Positions 24,377 to 35,176 of a DNA stretch of 64,000 bases are shown piece after piece. The stretch spans positions 11,781-75,780 of IMG/VR virus record IMGVR_UViG_3300002542_000355. The stretch is one strand, 5' to 3'. The notes under the pieces are model-generated. The model saw only the letters and a list, made by a program, of their open reading frames with translations. It was not told the DNA's origin and did not search any database. How positions within the stretch are numbered: position 1 is the stretch's first letter; the number at the start of each line of letters is the position of its first letter. Position numbers and translations under genes: made by a program. This DNA is from a virus.

Positions 24377-25273
24377 ATGAAAGGGAGAAAAGAGCTATAT
24401 AAAAAGTGTACCAAATGCAATAAAGATAAAAAAATATCAAATTTTTATAATTCAAATAGTAAACTTACCGACGGCAAATCTCCTATTTGCAAAGATTGCA
24501 TAAAAGAAATGATTGATTATGAAGACATGAATTCTGTTTATTCTATACTAAGAACACTTGACATTCCTTTTATCCTTGAATATTGGAATAAAGCACTTGA
24601 AAAAAGTGACAAAGATCCATTCGGCAATTATATGCGAATGGCAAATTCATTAAGGCAATTTCAAGGCTTAACGTGGGATGATAGTATTTTTGAAAGTAAA
24701 GATGAATTAATTAACATAAAAGATAGTGAAAATAAAACTCAAATAGTTAGCAATAAAGAATTAATTGAAAAATGGGGAGATTATCCACTAGAAGAAATTA
24801 AATTATTTGAAAAAAAATATCAAGAATTGAGAGTAAATTATCCAGAAAGAACAGCAATGCATACAGAAGCATTAAAAATTTATGTTCGTTACAGAGTAAA
24901 AGAGGAATTAGCTACACAAAAAGGAGCTTATAAAGAAGCTGAAGCTTGGGGCAAACTTGCAAAAGATGCTGCTGCATCTGCAAAAATTAATCCATCACAA
25001 CTTTCTAAAGCTGATTTGTCTGATGGATTGGATACATTTTCTCAATTGGTTAGAACGGTTGAGCAAGCAGTTGATATTATACCAATATTACCTAAATTTA
25101 AAGCAAGACCACAAGATAGAGCAGATTTTACATTATGGTGCTACATAAATTATGCAAGAGATTTAAAAGGTTTGCCACCTGCTAAATATGAAGATATCTA
25201 TAAGTTTTATGAAGAAAGAAAAAAAGAATATGAACAAATGATGGCTGGTGAAGAGCAGGATGGCGAGTTATAA
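24377..25273 (+). CDS. YonG-like protein, putative terminase small subunit
   Basis: Zinc-binding CTKC..CKDC; directly upstream of terL; start chosen by RBS. Confidence 0.65.
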   Translation: MKGRKELYKKCTKCNKDKKISNFYNSNSKLTDGKSPICKDCIKEMIDYEDMNSVYSILRTLDIPFILEYWNKALEKSDKDPFGNYMRMANSLRQFQGLTWDDSIFESKDELINIKDSENKTQIVSNKELIEKWGDYPLEEIKLFEKKYQELRVNYPERTAMHTEALKIYVRYRVKEELATQKGAYKEAEAWGKLAKDAAASAKINPSQLSKADLSDGLDTFSQLVRTVEQAVDIIPILPKFKARPQDRADFTLWCYINYARDLKGLPPAKYEDIYKFYEERKKEYEQMMAGEEQDGEL

Positions 25274-27020
25274 ACATTTTCAATCAGATAATGCTAAACA
25301 TACAAGAAATAGAATCGACACTAGGAATCCAGCTTTTAATCCAACTGTTTCGATGGTTAGTGATAAACAAAAAGATAGTTTTATGGCTAATTTACATAAA
25401 TATATTGATTTTGTAAGTTGGGCACGTTGGTTTCCTGATCTTTGGTATGACTTAATTACTCCTGAAACTGGTGGTATTAGATTAGATTTAGACCAAAGAA
25501 TATTTTTAAGATGTATAGCAAGATTTGTTTCTATGTATGGTGTTTTTCCCCGAGGTTATGGAAAAACATTTTGTGAAGTATTAGGTATGGTTCATGCGGC
25601 TATTTGGTATCCAGATATTGAGATATCAATGACTGCTCAAACGCTACAAAACGCAAGTAAAATTCTTGAAGATAAATGGCGTGAAATCATTAAATTTTAC
25701 CCATTAATACAAAATGAAGTAGCTGGAAATCCTTCATTTACAAAAGATAGTGCAGAAATCAGATTTATTTCTGGTGGGAGAATTGACGTTCTAGCCAATG
25801 CTCAAAGTAGTAAGGGACAAAGAAGAAAAAGATTACAGATTGAAGAAGCAGCACTATTAAATAACGAATTATTTGAAGATGTTTTGGAGCCAATTCCAAA
25901 TGTTCCAAGACGTACTATTGGTAAAAAAGCTGTCGTTAACCCAGAAGAATTAAATGGTCAAATTAATTTTTTTACTACTTCAGGTTTTAGAGGATCTGAT
26001 GAGTTTGAAAGAAATATAAAAATGATTGATGAAATGGCAGAATTAAAAGGAAAAATAGTTTTGGGTTCTGATTGGCAACTTGCAGTTAATTATGGGCGTG
26101 GAGAACCTAAATCTGCCATACTTGATAAAAAATCAAGATTATCACCAACTTATTTTGCTATGAACTATGAATCTAAATGGATCGGTGCAACAGATGGAGC
26201 ATTAGTTGATATAAATAAATTATTAGATTTAAGAACTTTATCTGCACCTGAATTTTCGCATGATGGAAAGAAAACATCTGAATATGCTATTGGAGTAGAC
26301 GTTGCACGTTCACAATCAGAAAGTAATAACCAAACTTCTATTGCAGTTGTTAAAATAAAAAGAAATAAAGAAGGCAGAATTACAATGCTTTCTCTTGTTA
26401 ATTTAATCAATTTACCTAACGGATTAAATTTTTCTGCTCAAGCAATAGAAGTAAAAAAAATCAGAAATGTATATAAAGCAAGTGTAGTTGTTGTGGATAC
26501 TAATGGTGTAGGTTCAGGCTTATTGGATGAATTATTAAAAGAGACGACAGATCCAATAAGTGGTGAAAGTTTGGGTTGCTGGAAGACTATAAATACAGAT
26601 CATGAACCAGAAACAAATAATGCTGAGAAAGTTGTTTACGCTTTAACCGCACAAGGAATTAATCATGATATTATTGTTAATTTTATTGATATGGTAGAAA
26701 GCAAAAAACTTCAATTATTAGAAAAAGTTTCTGAAAATAATTATGATATAAATGATAAAGAGTTTGCAAAAAGAATTTATCCACATATTCAAACAGACAG
26801 ATTAATTGAAGAAATTGCAAATTTAAAAATAAAACATTTACAAAGTGGAAAATTAACTGTTGAACAAGTAACAAAAAGAGTTGATAAAGATAGATATAGT
26901 AGTTTATCTATGGTACTTTGGTATATCAAAAATTTTATGGAAAAAGTAGCAGAAAAGCAAAATATCGATCCATATAAGTATTTATTAATACACAAACCAA
27001 ATATATATGCAAGGAGGTGA
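25260..27020 (+). CDS. terminase large subunit (YonF-like)
   Basis: PRGYGKT Walker A, IEEA, GVDVAR nuclease motif, KDRYSS. Confidence 0.92.
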   Translation: MASYKHFQSDNAKHTRNRIDTRNPAFNPTVSMVSDKQKDSFMANLHKYIDFVSWARWFPDLWYDLITPETGGIRLDLDQRIFLRCIARFVSMYGVFPRGYGKTFCEVLGMVHAAIWYPDIEISMTAQTLQNASKILEDKWREIIKFYPLIQNEVAGNPSFTKDSAEIRFISGGRIDVLANAQSSKGQRRKRLQIEEAALLNNELFEDVLEPIPNVPRRTIGKKAVVNPEELNGQINFFTTSGFRGSDEFERNIKMIDEMAELKGKIVLGSDWQLAVNYGRGEPKSAILDKKSRLSPTYFAMNYESKWIGATDGALVDINKLLDLRTLSAPEFSHDGKKTSEYAIGVDVARSQSESNNQTSIAVVKIKRNKEGRITMLSLVNLINLPNGLNFSAQAIEVKKIRNVYKASVVVVDTNGVGSGLLDELLKETTDPISGESLGCWKTINTDHEPETNNAEKVVYALTAQGINHDIIVNFIDMVESKKLQLLEKVSENNYDINDKEFAKRIYPHIQTDRLIEEIANLKIKHLQSGKLTVEQVTKRVDKDRYSSLSMVLWYIKNFMEKVAEKQNIDPYKYLLIHKPNIYARR

Positions 27021-27044
27021 CGTGTCATTAAAGCCAAAGTACAA

Positions 27045-28538
27045 TTGCAACAATCATTGCCGACACAAGAGGAATTGCGAGAACTTCGTCAAAAAATGTT
27101 CCAAATCTTTAGACAATTAAACCTTATTGATTTAACTTTATATAAAAAGGAAAGTGTAGTTTCAACATTTACAAAGGATGAATTGAAACGATATTTAAAA
27201 GATATATCGCAATCAAATAATCAAAAAAAATTACGTGAAATTTCTAGAGCATTGTATTTTACTTCTCCACATTATAGGAGTTTAATCAATTATTATTCAA
27301 CATTATATAATTTTGATTATGTTATAGAAGGTTATGACATTGATCCTGCTACTACAGATAAAGAAAAATATAAGAAAGCATATTTAAAGTCAATATCTTC
27401 CATTGAAAAAATGAATATTAAACATGAATCGTTAAAGATTCGTATCAATTCATATATAGATGGTGTTTTTTATGGTTTTGCGCGTCCAAGCAAAAATGGA
27501 TTTTATATTCAACAATTAAATCCTGATTATTGTACTATCTCATATATTAATTTTGAAACTGGATTGTATGGATATTCTTTTAATTTTTCTATTTTTAACA
27601 ACAATGAACAATTACTTTCTAATTACCCAGAAGAGTTTACAACAATTTATAATCAATTAAAGAACCAGAAAAATAAAACAGCAGATTATTGGGTAAAAAT
27701 TGAATCTCCAAATGCAATATGTATTAAAACAAGTCCTTGGACTTACCCAATTCCACCACTTGTAGGATTGTTTGAAGGAATTTTGGATATTGCAGATTTC
27801 AAAGCAATGAACAAAGGTAAAGAGGAAATTGGGAATTATAAAATATTATTTCAAAAAATTCCAATGAAAGACGGAAAAGATGCAGAAAAAGATGAGTTCT
27901 TAATTTCTGAGGATTATGTAAAAATATTTCATGATAATATTTCGTCTTCATTGCCACCACAAGTTGGGATTATTACTACTCCAATGGATATTGAACCGGT
28001 AGAATTTGAAAAAGATACAGTAGATAAAAATAAAGTTAGCGAAGCTACAAGTCAGTATTGGAATGAAGCTGGCGTATCTGAATTATTGTTTGGCAATAAT
28101 GATTCAAGCACATCATTAAAGTATTCGGTTCAAGCTGATGAAGCTACCCTAATTCCATTAGTAAAAGAATTTGAGAGATGGATTAATGAATATCTAAAAA
28201 GTGAGCAGAGAGGACAGTATAAATTTAGAGTAAGAATTCTTGAAACAACTAAATTTAATGTTAAAGATTATTTTGATACAAGATTAAAGGCTGCTCAATT
28301 TGGAATTCCAGTAAAAAATGAATTGATTTCTATATTAGGAATGCAACCTAGTTCAATGTATATTAATGCTTATTTAGAGAATGATGTACTAGAATTGACA
28401 GACAAATTAATTCCATTAAGTTCAAGTCATACTTCCACAGGAGGAAAAACTAATGATGGTGGAAGACCCTTAAAAGATGAAACTGAATTATTAGAAAGTG
28501 GAATTGTTACTCGTGAAAATGATAGCAATGCTGAGTAA
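27045..28538 (+). CDS. portal protein (YonE-like)
   Basis: Size, synteny, and LIPLSSSHT..GGRP C-terminus. Confidence 0.82.
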   Translation: MQQSLPTQEELRELRQKMFQIFRQLNLIDLTLYKKESVVSTFTKDELKRYLKDISQSNNQKKLREISRALYFTSPHYRSLINYYSTLYNFDYVIEGYDIDPATTDKEKYKKAYLKSISSIEKMNIKHESLKIRINSYIDGVFYGFARPSKNGFYIQQLNPDYCTISYINFETGLYGYSFNFSIFNNNEQLLSNYPEEFTTIYNQLKNQKNKTADYWVKIESPNAICIKTSPWTYPIPPLVGLFEGILDIADFKAMNKGKEEIGNYKILFQKIPMKDGKDAEKDEFLISEDYVKIFHDNISSSLPPQVGIITTPMDIEPVEFEKDTVDKNKVSEATSQYWNEAGVSELLFGNNDSSTSLKYSVQADEATLIPLVKEFERWINEYLKSEQRGQYKFRVRILETTKFNVKDYFDTRLKAAQFGIPVKNELISILGMQPSSMYINAYLENDVLELTDKLIPLSSSHTSTGGKTNDGGRPLKDETELLESGIVTRENDSNAE

Positions 28539-28569
28539 AATGTTTTGATTTTGTCAAGGAGGTGAGATA

Positions 28570-30171
28570 TTGAAGTTCAGTTTAAATACAAGTATTCCTG
28601 TTCAATTTGAAACAATTGAACAAATTGGTGATAGTAGATTTGTTCGAGGAAAAGTTTGGATTTGTCACACTGGAAAAAATCTAAACAATTCAATATTTAG
28701 CAAAGAAGTTATAGAAGCGGCAATTCCATCTCTTGCAAATATTCCTGTATTGGGATTTATAGAAGTAAATAATTTAAATCAGACAGATTTTAAGGGGCAT
28801 GAACAGCGTCTTATTATTGACAAAAATGGTGTTAAGATTGAATACTTGGGTAGAATGTATGGCATTGTGCCTGAAAGCAATAATGCCAAATTCGAGTGGA
28901 AAATGTGTGATGATGGTATTAAGAGGGAGTTTTTAACTGCTGAAGTTTTATTACATACGAAGTTTCCTGAATGTATTGATATTATACAAAGAGATGGAGT
29001 TAAAGGCCAATCAATGGAATTACAACCAGAATCGATTAAAGGAAAATTCAACAAAGATGGATTGTTTGAATTTACCGAATTTAAATTTGAAGGATTGTGT
29101 CTTTTGGGTGATGATGTAATTCCAGCTATGCGTGGAAGTGAACTTGAACTATTTACACAATACAATTACCAAGAAGATTATATTGAATTATTAAAAGAAT
29201 TCAACAGTACATTTTCACAAATTAATGTTAAAGATGATAACAAAGGAGGCAATCAAGTGGACGAAAAACTTGAACTTTTTAATAAATATCCAACACTTAA
29301 AGAAGAAGATGTTGCTGAACTAAAAGCTAATTTGGAAAAATATACACTTGAAGAGTTAGAAAATGAATTGATCAAACGTGTTGAATCACAAAATAAAAAT
29401 AAGCCTACACAAACTGATTTTGCTTTAACTGCTAAACAATTTGAGCAAGAACTTCGAGCAATTCTGTCACAAGAAAAAGTTGTTGATCGTTGGGGAGATA
29501 CTGTAAGGGCTTATTGGTACATTGATCATGATGAAAATCGAGTATACGCAGAAGATACTCAAAATAATTATCTACCTGTTGGCATTAATTACACTGTAAA
29601 TGGTGACAAAATTACTATTGATTTTTCAACTAAGAAAAGAATTAAATGGGTTCCTCAAGATATTGAGGATGGAACAGAAGCAATTTCCTTGATGTCAGTT
29701 GAGAGAAACCAATATGAAATTGAAAAAATTAATAATGAATTTTCTACATATAAAACTGATGCCGAATCAAAATTATCAACAAAACAAACAGAATATCAAC
29801 AACTTGTAGAACAATTCAATACTCTCAAAGATCGTTATACTGCTATTGAAGATGAATATACAAAATTGAATGCTGAATATGCTGCTAAACTTAAAGCAGA
29901 ACGAGAAGAAGCAGAAAATGAAATCTTTACTGCTTTTGCGAAAGAGTTGACTGAAGAAGAAATGGCAGAGGTTAAAAATAACAAAGATAATATGGAACTT
30001 GATGAAATCAAAGATAGATTATTTGCTTTAGTTGGCAAGAAAAAAGCAAAACTTAATTTTTCTATTCAAGATAAACCAAAAATTATTGATTTACAAATGA
30101 ATGAACCAGTTCAACCAAAGAAAACTGGAAAGTCGTATGAAGAATTAATTGAAAAATACAGACATAAGTAA
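28570..30171 (+). CDS. prohead protease/scaffold (YonD-like)
   Basis: HTGKNLNNS..GQSMEL..GLCLLG; acidic coiled-coil C-terminus. Confidence 0.8.
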   Translation: MKFSLNTSIPVQFETIEQIGDSRFVRGKVWICHTGKNLNNSIFSKEVIEAAIPSLANIPVLGFIEVNNLNQTDFKGHEQRLIIDKNGVKIEYLGRMYGIVPESNNAKFEWKMCDDGIKREFLTAEVLLHTKFPECIDIIQRDGVKGQSMELQPESIKGKFNKDGLFEFTEFKFEGLCLLGDDVIPAMRGSELELFTQYNYQEDYIELLKEFNSTFSQINVKDDNKGGNQVDEKLELFNKYPTLKEEDVAELKANLEKYTLEELENELIKRVESQNKNKPTQTDFALTAKQFEQELRAILSQEKVVDRWGDTVRAYWYIDHDENRVYAEDTQNNYLPVGINYTVNGDKITIDFSTKKRIKWVPQDIEDGTEAISLMSVERNQYEIEKINNEFSTYKTDAESKLSTKQTEYQQLVEQFNTLKDRYTAIEDEYTKLNAEYAAKLKAEREEAENEIFTAFAKELTEEEMAEVKNNKDNMELDEIKDRLFALVGKKKAKLNFSIQDKPKIIDLQMNEPVQPKKTGKSYEELIEKYRHK

Positions 30172-30192
30172 ATTTAAATTTGAAATTTGTTT

Positions 30193-30223
30193 AAAACACA
30201 TCTTATATCAAGATGTGTTTTTT
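30193..30223 (+). terminator. intrinsic terminator
   Basis: aaaacacatctt/aagatgtgtttt followed by a T run. Confidence 0.65.
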
Positions 30224-30268
30224 ATATTAAAAATAATATTTTTTAAATTATAAGGAGGAAATTAAATA

Positions 30269-30757
30269 ATGGCAAATCATGGTATTGTGAGACTTGACAA
30301 ACTTCAAGCTGTATATGCGGGAAATATTGAATCTATTCAAGCAACTGTGGATCTAGACAATGGCTCTGTAGTTGCAATTGGTGGTTTAGTTGCAAATGCA
30401 GGTGGAGAGGTTGTGGAAGCATCTGCTCCAACTGACGTAGCAACTCAAGAAGTTCTACTTGTTGCGTCTCCTGAACTTCTTTATGATCCTCAACGTGAAG
30501 GATTAGGTGATTTTTACAATAAAGCTAATAAACCTGCACGCGCTTATCATTTTACTGTTGGTGACATCGTAACTGTAACTGACAATATGATTAACGGCAC
30601 TAGTGTTGTTGGTCAATATCTTGTTCCTGAAAATGGAAGTGTAAAACTTGTTCCTGCTGCTGATCTTTCTGGCGGAACTCGTTTTGCTGCTGTAGTTATT
30701 GCTAAAGAAAAGGTATATGGTGAAGATTGCACGGTTTATCGTGTAGTTAAATGCTAA
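30269..30757 (+). CDS. capsid decoration/cement protein (YonC-like)
   Basis: Synteny between scaffold and capsid genes. Confidence 0.65.
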   Translation: MANHGIVRLDKLQAVYAGNIESIQATVDLDNGSVVAIGGLVANAGGEVVEASAPTDVATQEVLLVASPELLYDPQREGLGDFYNKANKPARAYHFTVGDIVTVTDNMINGTSVVGQYLVPENGSVKLVPAADLSGGTRFAAVVIAKEKVYGEDCTVYRVVKC

Positions 30758-30804
30758 TTTAAATTAAAAGTTAAATTATTATTAATTAGGAGGAATATAG
30801 AAAT

Positions 30805-31800
30805 ATGGAAAATGTTAAAGCTATTATCGATCTAGGTATTGATCTTTCTTTTGGAAAAGTAACTAATTTTTCTGTTGATGAAGCTAATGAAACGTTTCGT
30901 AGGGCACTTAATGAATTAGCTGGCATGGAAGATGGCAAATTTGATTATAAAAAATTCCGCAGAAATCAAACAGCTATCTTTGAAATCATTGAAGAAGTTC
31001 TTGATGTTCGTTTAGAAGAAGGTTTGAAAAATCAATTTGAACGCTTTGTAGATTATCGTAGTGTAGCCTTTGGTGACAAACTTCAATTCCGTCCACCGAA
31101 TCGTGAACTATTCCGTGTAAGTTCTATTGCTGGTGGAACTAATAACCTTCGTAGACAACGTATTGGTGAAATGCAACCGTTCCAAATTGAGACTGGGTGG
31201 GAAGGTGTTAAGTTTTATGATGAATTGGAACGCTTCCTTGCTGGTCGTGTAGACTGGAATGATTTGGTTAATCGTGTAGAACGGTCATTTACCAATAAAA
31301 TTCAAGAAACTATTTATACTGCGATTAAAGGTGCATATAGTGGGGTTACCGCTCCGTTTTCTCATACTGGCGCTTGGGATCTAGAAGAGTTCAATTTGAT
31401 TGTTGAACATGTTCGTGCCGCTACTGGACTAGAACCAATGGTTATTGGTACTCGTATTGCAGTAAGCAAAGCTGTTCCCAATTCTAATTATATTTCTGAT
31501 TCTATGAAAGATAGTCGTAATCAAAATGGTTTCTTTGAAACCGTTGATGGTATTCAATTTGGTATTATTCCTCAAGCACATAAAGTTGGAACATATGATT
31601 TTATTATTGATAATGATTTCTTGCTAATCCTTCCTAATGGTAATGAAAAAATGATTAAATTCGTTATGGAAGGTGGAACGTTGATCAAAGAAGTTACTGA
31701 TCAACAAAATGCAGATGACAGTCAAGAATATGTAGTGCGTAGAAAATATGGGGCTGCTGCTGTTTCTGGTGATATTTACGGCGTATATATTCTTCAATAA
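30805..31800 (+). CDS. major capsid protein (YonB-like)
   Basis: 331 aa; strong RBS; synteny; followed by a terminator. Confidence 0.85.
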   Translation: MENVKAIIDLGIDLSFGKVTNFSVDEANETFRRALNELAGMEDGKFDYKKFRRNQTAIFEIIEEVLDVRLEEGLKNQFERFVDYRSVAFGDKLQFRPPNRELFRVSSIAGGTNNLRRQRIGEMQPFQIETGWEGVKFYDELERFLAGRVDWNDLVNRVERSFTNKIQETIYTAIKGAYSGVTAPFSHTGAWDLEEFNLIVEHVRAATGLEPMVIGTRIAVSKAVPNSNYISDSMKDSRNQNGFFETVDGIQFGIIPQAHKVGTYDFIIDNDFLLILPNGNEKMIKFVMEGGTLIKEVTDQQNADDSQEYVVRRKYGAAAVSGDIYGVYILQ

Positions 31801-31809
31801 TATTAATTT

Positions 31810-31845
31810 ACAGGAGAGGAGAAAATATCCTCTCCTGTATTTTTT
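31810..31845 (+). terminator. intrinsic terminator
   Basis: acaggagagga/tcctctcctgt followed by a T run. Confidence 0.75.
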
Positions 31846-31872
31846 ACAAAAATAAAGGGAGATGAGTATAAA

Positions 31873-32472
31873 TTGGCAAAAGGAAATGCTGGAATGAAAA
31901 AAACGGTTGTTAAGCCTAACGAAGTTAATACAGAACTTAAAAATGAAAAATTAGATTATAATGAGTTGGATTATAATAACAAGGATAATAAAGTTGCTGA
32001 ACAACAATCGAAAACAAATGTTAGAAAAAAACTTGATGAAAATATGCTTGTTCCAATTGCTAGTGGAGTTCAGGGTAGATTGACTTATATTGATCCAAGA
32101 ACGGGCAAAGTGTGGAAATTTGAACGGTATGGTGATGAAGATGTAATGGAATTACGTGAACTTCGCACCATGCTATCTTCTGCACGCAAATTCTTAACAA
32201 GAGGTTGGATTCGTGTTTTGGATGATGAGGTTATTGAATATTTGAATTTAGAAAGATTTCAACAAGAAGTTGTAACTCCTGAAGATTTAGAAAGATTATT
32301 AACTTCTGAACCCGAACAAATATTAAAAGTAGTAAAAGAAGCAAATTCAAATGCAAAACGCTTGATTTATGGTTTTGCAAAAGAAAAATATGTAAATGGT
32401 GAATTAACAAATATTCATATTATTAGAGCAATTGAAGATGGATTGGGTGAATCTTTAGACCCAAATATTTAA
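31873..32472 (+). CDS. YonA-like head-associated protein
   Basis: Synteny; YGDEDVMELRELRTM motif. Confidence 0.6.
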   Translation: MAKGNAGMKKTVVKPNEVNTELKNEKLDYNELDYNNKDNKVAEQQSKTNVRKKLDENMLVPIASGVQGRLTYIDPRTGKVWKFERYGDEDVMELRELRTMLSSARKFLTRGWIRVLDDEVIEYLNLERFQQEVVTPEDLERLLTSEPEQILKVVKEANSNAKRLIYGFAKEKYVNGELTNIHIIRAIEDGLGESLDPNI

Positions 32473-32478
32473 TATTGG

Positions 32479-32907
32479 GTGTGTGATTTTATGGCTACTC
32501 CTTTTACTGACATTTATGATGTTTTTCTAAGTCAAATTCACGATCCTGTATTTATGGAACAGGATACCGATGATGAATTGAAAAAGAGATATTTATTAAA
32601 CAGTATTCCAAAGTTTCGTAAATGTTTAAAGGATTTATCTAGTCGTGACGACACACAATTTAATCAAACTTTATCTGATGAAGAAATTCTTATTTTAGGA
32701 ACTTTGATGGTAATTGAATATTTAAATCCAATGATTATTTCTTTACAAAATCTCAAACAATTTATAAGTAGTAAAGATTTTAAAATGACATCTCAAGCAA
32801 ATCATCTTGAAAAATTGATAATGTTACGAGATGTAAAGAGGAAAGAAGCAAATAAATTAATTTTAGATTACACATATAATAATGGAAATTTGAGTGATTT
32901 AAAATGA
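32479..32907 (+). CDS. head-tail adaptor (YomZ-like)
   Basis: ATPFTDIYDVFL..SQANHLEKL; synteny. Confidence 0.65.
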   Translation: MCDFMATPFTDIYDVFLSQIHDPVFMEQDTDDELKKRYLLNSIPKFRKCLKDLSSRDDTQFNQTLSDEEILILGTLMVIEYLNPMIISLQNLKQFISSKDFKMTSQANHLEKLIMLRDVKRKEANKLILDYTYNNGNLSDLK

Positions 32908-33905
32908 GTTATAAAGATAAATATATAAAAAGAAACGATTCTTATAATGCTTATTCATTAAAAAATGTATATATTAATGATGTTCAAAATACTGTTCTTA
33001 ATTCTTTTTTAGATAATCCTTCTGCAAAAGAAGTTTATTTGAATGATAATACAGAAAGTACGTGGGTATGGATTGTAGAGGATACAAAAACACCCACCAC
33101 AAAAAAAATTATTATGAAACCTAATGATACAATTGAAGCAGGATGGATTGTTAATTGGAATAATGAAAACTGGATATGCATATCTGCTGATCATTCTAAA
33201 GATGTATATCAAACAGGCTTTATTGAAAAATGTAATGCCAATCTTAAATGGAAAGATGAAAGTGGAACAATCCACTCTTACCCTTGTATATTTTATTATG
33301 GAACCAAAGCTAACTTTGGAACTTATTCAGACAAGGTTATGACACTTCCAGATGGACGTAGACAAGTAGTTGTTCAGAAAAATGAACATACAATAAAAAT
33401 AAAAAGAGACGTGCGCTTTATATTTGGAGGAAGTGTATTTAAAGTAATTGATTTTGATTATGTCAGTGAAGAGGGATTGGTAAATCTTAATTTAAAAGAT
33501 GACCAATTTAATCCTGCAACTGATAATTTAGAATTAGGTATAGCTGATTATTACACTTCAGAAAATGAGGATACTACTCCTTCATTACCAGTTACCGGAC
33601 TAACATTAGTTATAAAGTCCACATCTACTACACCATATGAGATAAGAAAAAATCAGCAAAAAGAATATTTCATTGAAGTGTATGATGGCTCAACATTAGT
33701 GCCAAATGAAACGGTAACATGGCAATTGTTTGCAGATGATCGGGCTAGTTCCACGACATTAGCAACAATTACAAGTCAAACGGGAACAAATTGTATTGTA
33801 AAAAATAATGGTGCAATATCAGGATATGTTCAATTGAAAGCAACTTTGAATAGTGATAATACCGTTATTGCTTGGTCAAGGATACAAATGAAAAGTCTAT
33901 TTTAA
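32904..33905 (+). CDS. head-closure protein with a C-terminal Ig-like extension
   Basis: Synteny; EKCNANLKW motif. Confidence 0.6.
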   Translation: MSYKDKYIKRNDSYNAYSLKNVYINDVQNTVLNSFLDNPSAKEVYLNDNTESTWVWIVEDTKTPTTKKIIMKPNDTIEAGWIVNWNNENWICISADHSKDVYQTGFIEKCNANLKWKDESGTIHSYPCIFYYGTKANFGTYSDKVMTLPDGRRQVVVQKNEHTIKIKRDVRFIFGGSVFKVIDFDYVSEEGLVNLNLKDDQFNPATDNLELGIADYYTSENEDTTPSLPVTGLTLVIKSTSTTPYEIRKNQQKEYFIEVYDGSTLVPNETVTWQLFADDRASSTTLATITSQTGTNCIVKNNGAISGYVQLKATLNSDNTVIAWSRIQMKSLF

Positions 33906-34399
33906 AGGAGGGGATTGAAATATCAAGGTTACAAGATTTAAGTAAAGATAAAATGACAATAATTGAAAGAATTCTTTCATCTCAAGGTATATGCAAGGCA
34001 TTAAAATATACCAGTTCAAACTTTTTAGATCAACCTGATATTGTTGATCCCTCCGAATTAATAATGGACAAAATATATCCTTATTATCGTATTCCTGAAA
34101 CTTCTTCAGAAGCATCATCATATATTTTGTTTTCATTTAGAAATTATCGATTAACAAAAGGTGGAAATAAATTCAAGTCTGGTTTAATTCAAATATTTGC
34201 AATTACTCATAAAAGTTTGATTACAACAGACTATGGATTTTTGCGTTATGATTATATTATTTCTGAAATTGATAAATTAATGAATGATGTGCGAGGAATT
34301 GGAATAGGAAAGCTTGAGTTTGATAAAATGGATGAAATTTATATTAATAATGATTATCTTGGAAGTTATATTGCTTATAAGCCTTATGAGTGGAATTAG
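33872..34399 (+). CDS. tail terminator/completion protein
   Basis: Synteny; true start probably near 33917. Confidence 0.55.
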   Translation: MVKDTNEKSILKEGIEISRLQDLSKDKMTIIERILSSQGICKALKYTSSNFLDQPDIVDPSELIMDKIYPYYRIPETSSEASSYILFSFRNYRLTKGGNKFKSGLIQIFAITHKSLITTDYGFLRYDYIISEIDKLMNDVRGIGIGKLEFDKMDEIYINNDYLGSYIAYKPYEWN

Positions 34400-35125
34400 G
34401 TGATTACAGTGGATAATCGCCTAAATTACTTTTTGGGAAAACCAGTACAAATAAATGGTGTAAATATATATTCTCCAACAATTAATAGTATTGTAGAAAT
34501 TGGGGAGATACAATACAGCATTTATTTAGCAATTGCAACTTTTAATAAAGAAACGGTATTTAAATATTTATTTAACTTAGATGATGACAGGTTTAAAGAA
34601 ATTGAAAATGATAATGCATTTGATTTATTTATTTTGATTCCGGTAATAAGGGAAGAATTAATACAGGCATTAAAATTTTTTATTCATGAGGACGATGTTG
34701 AATTTATATATTCAACATCATCTTTTTTTGTAAAAGGAAAAGAGTTTTTGAATAGAAATAATTATGAAGCAGTTGCAAAGATTATAAAAGAATCGAATGG
34801 GGTTATTGATGATAATAAACCTTTAAAATTTAAAAATAATAAGGCAAAAGAAATGTATGAGAAATTACAGAAATTAAGAAGTCAATATAAGAAAAATGAA
34901 GATGATTCATTAGGATTAAAAGATATGCTATCTGTGTTGTGTAATGCTGACGGGAATGGAATAAATATATTCAATGTTGGCAATTTAACAATTTATCAAG
35001 TTTATGAACACTTTGAAAGGTTAAATATAAAAGAAAAACACACAAGATTGTTGCGCGTATGGGCAAATGGTTATTTGGGTAAAGATGAAAAACTACCTGA
35101 GTGGATTACAAAAGGCAAATTCTAA
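34400..35125 (+). CDS. tail-associated protein (YomV-like)
   Basis: Synteny; NIFNVGNLTIYQVYEHF motif. Confidence 0.55.
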   Translation: MITVDNRLNYFLGKPVQINGVNIYSPTINSIVEIGEIQYSIYLAIATFNKETVFKYLFNLDDDRFKEIENDNAFDLFILIPVIREELIQALKFFIHEDDVEFIYSTSSFFVKGKEFLNRNNYEAVAKIIKESNGVIDDNKPLKFKNNKAKEMYEKLQKLRSQYKKNEDDSLGLKDMLSVLCNADGNGINIFNVGNLTIYQVYEHFERLNIKEKHTRLLRVWANGYLGKDEKLPEWITKGKF

Positions 35126-35145
35126 TCTCCGAAAGGAGATTTTTT
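35124..35145 (+). terminator. intrinsic terminator
   Basis: aatctcc-gaaa-ggagatt followed by a T run. Confidence 0.7.
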
Positions 35146-35176
35146 ATTTTTATATTAAATAAGGAGGAATATATAA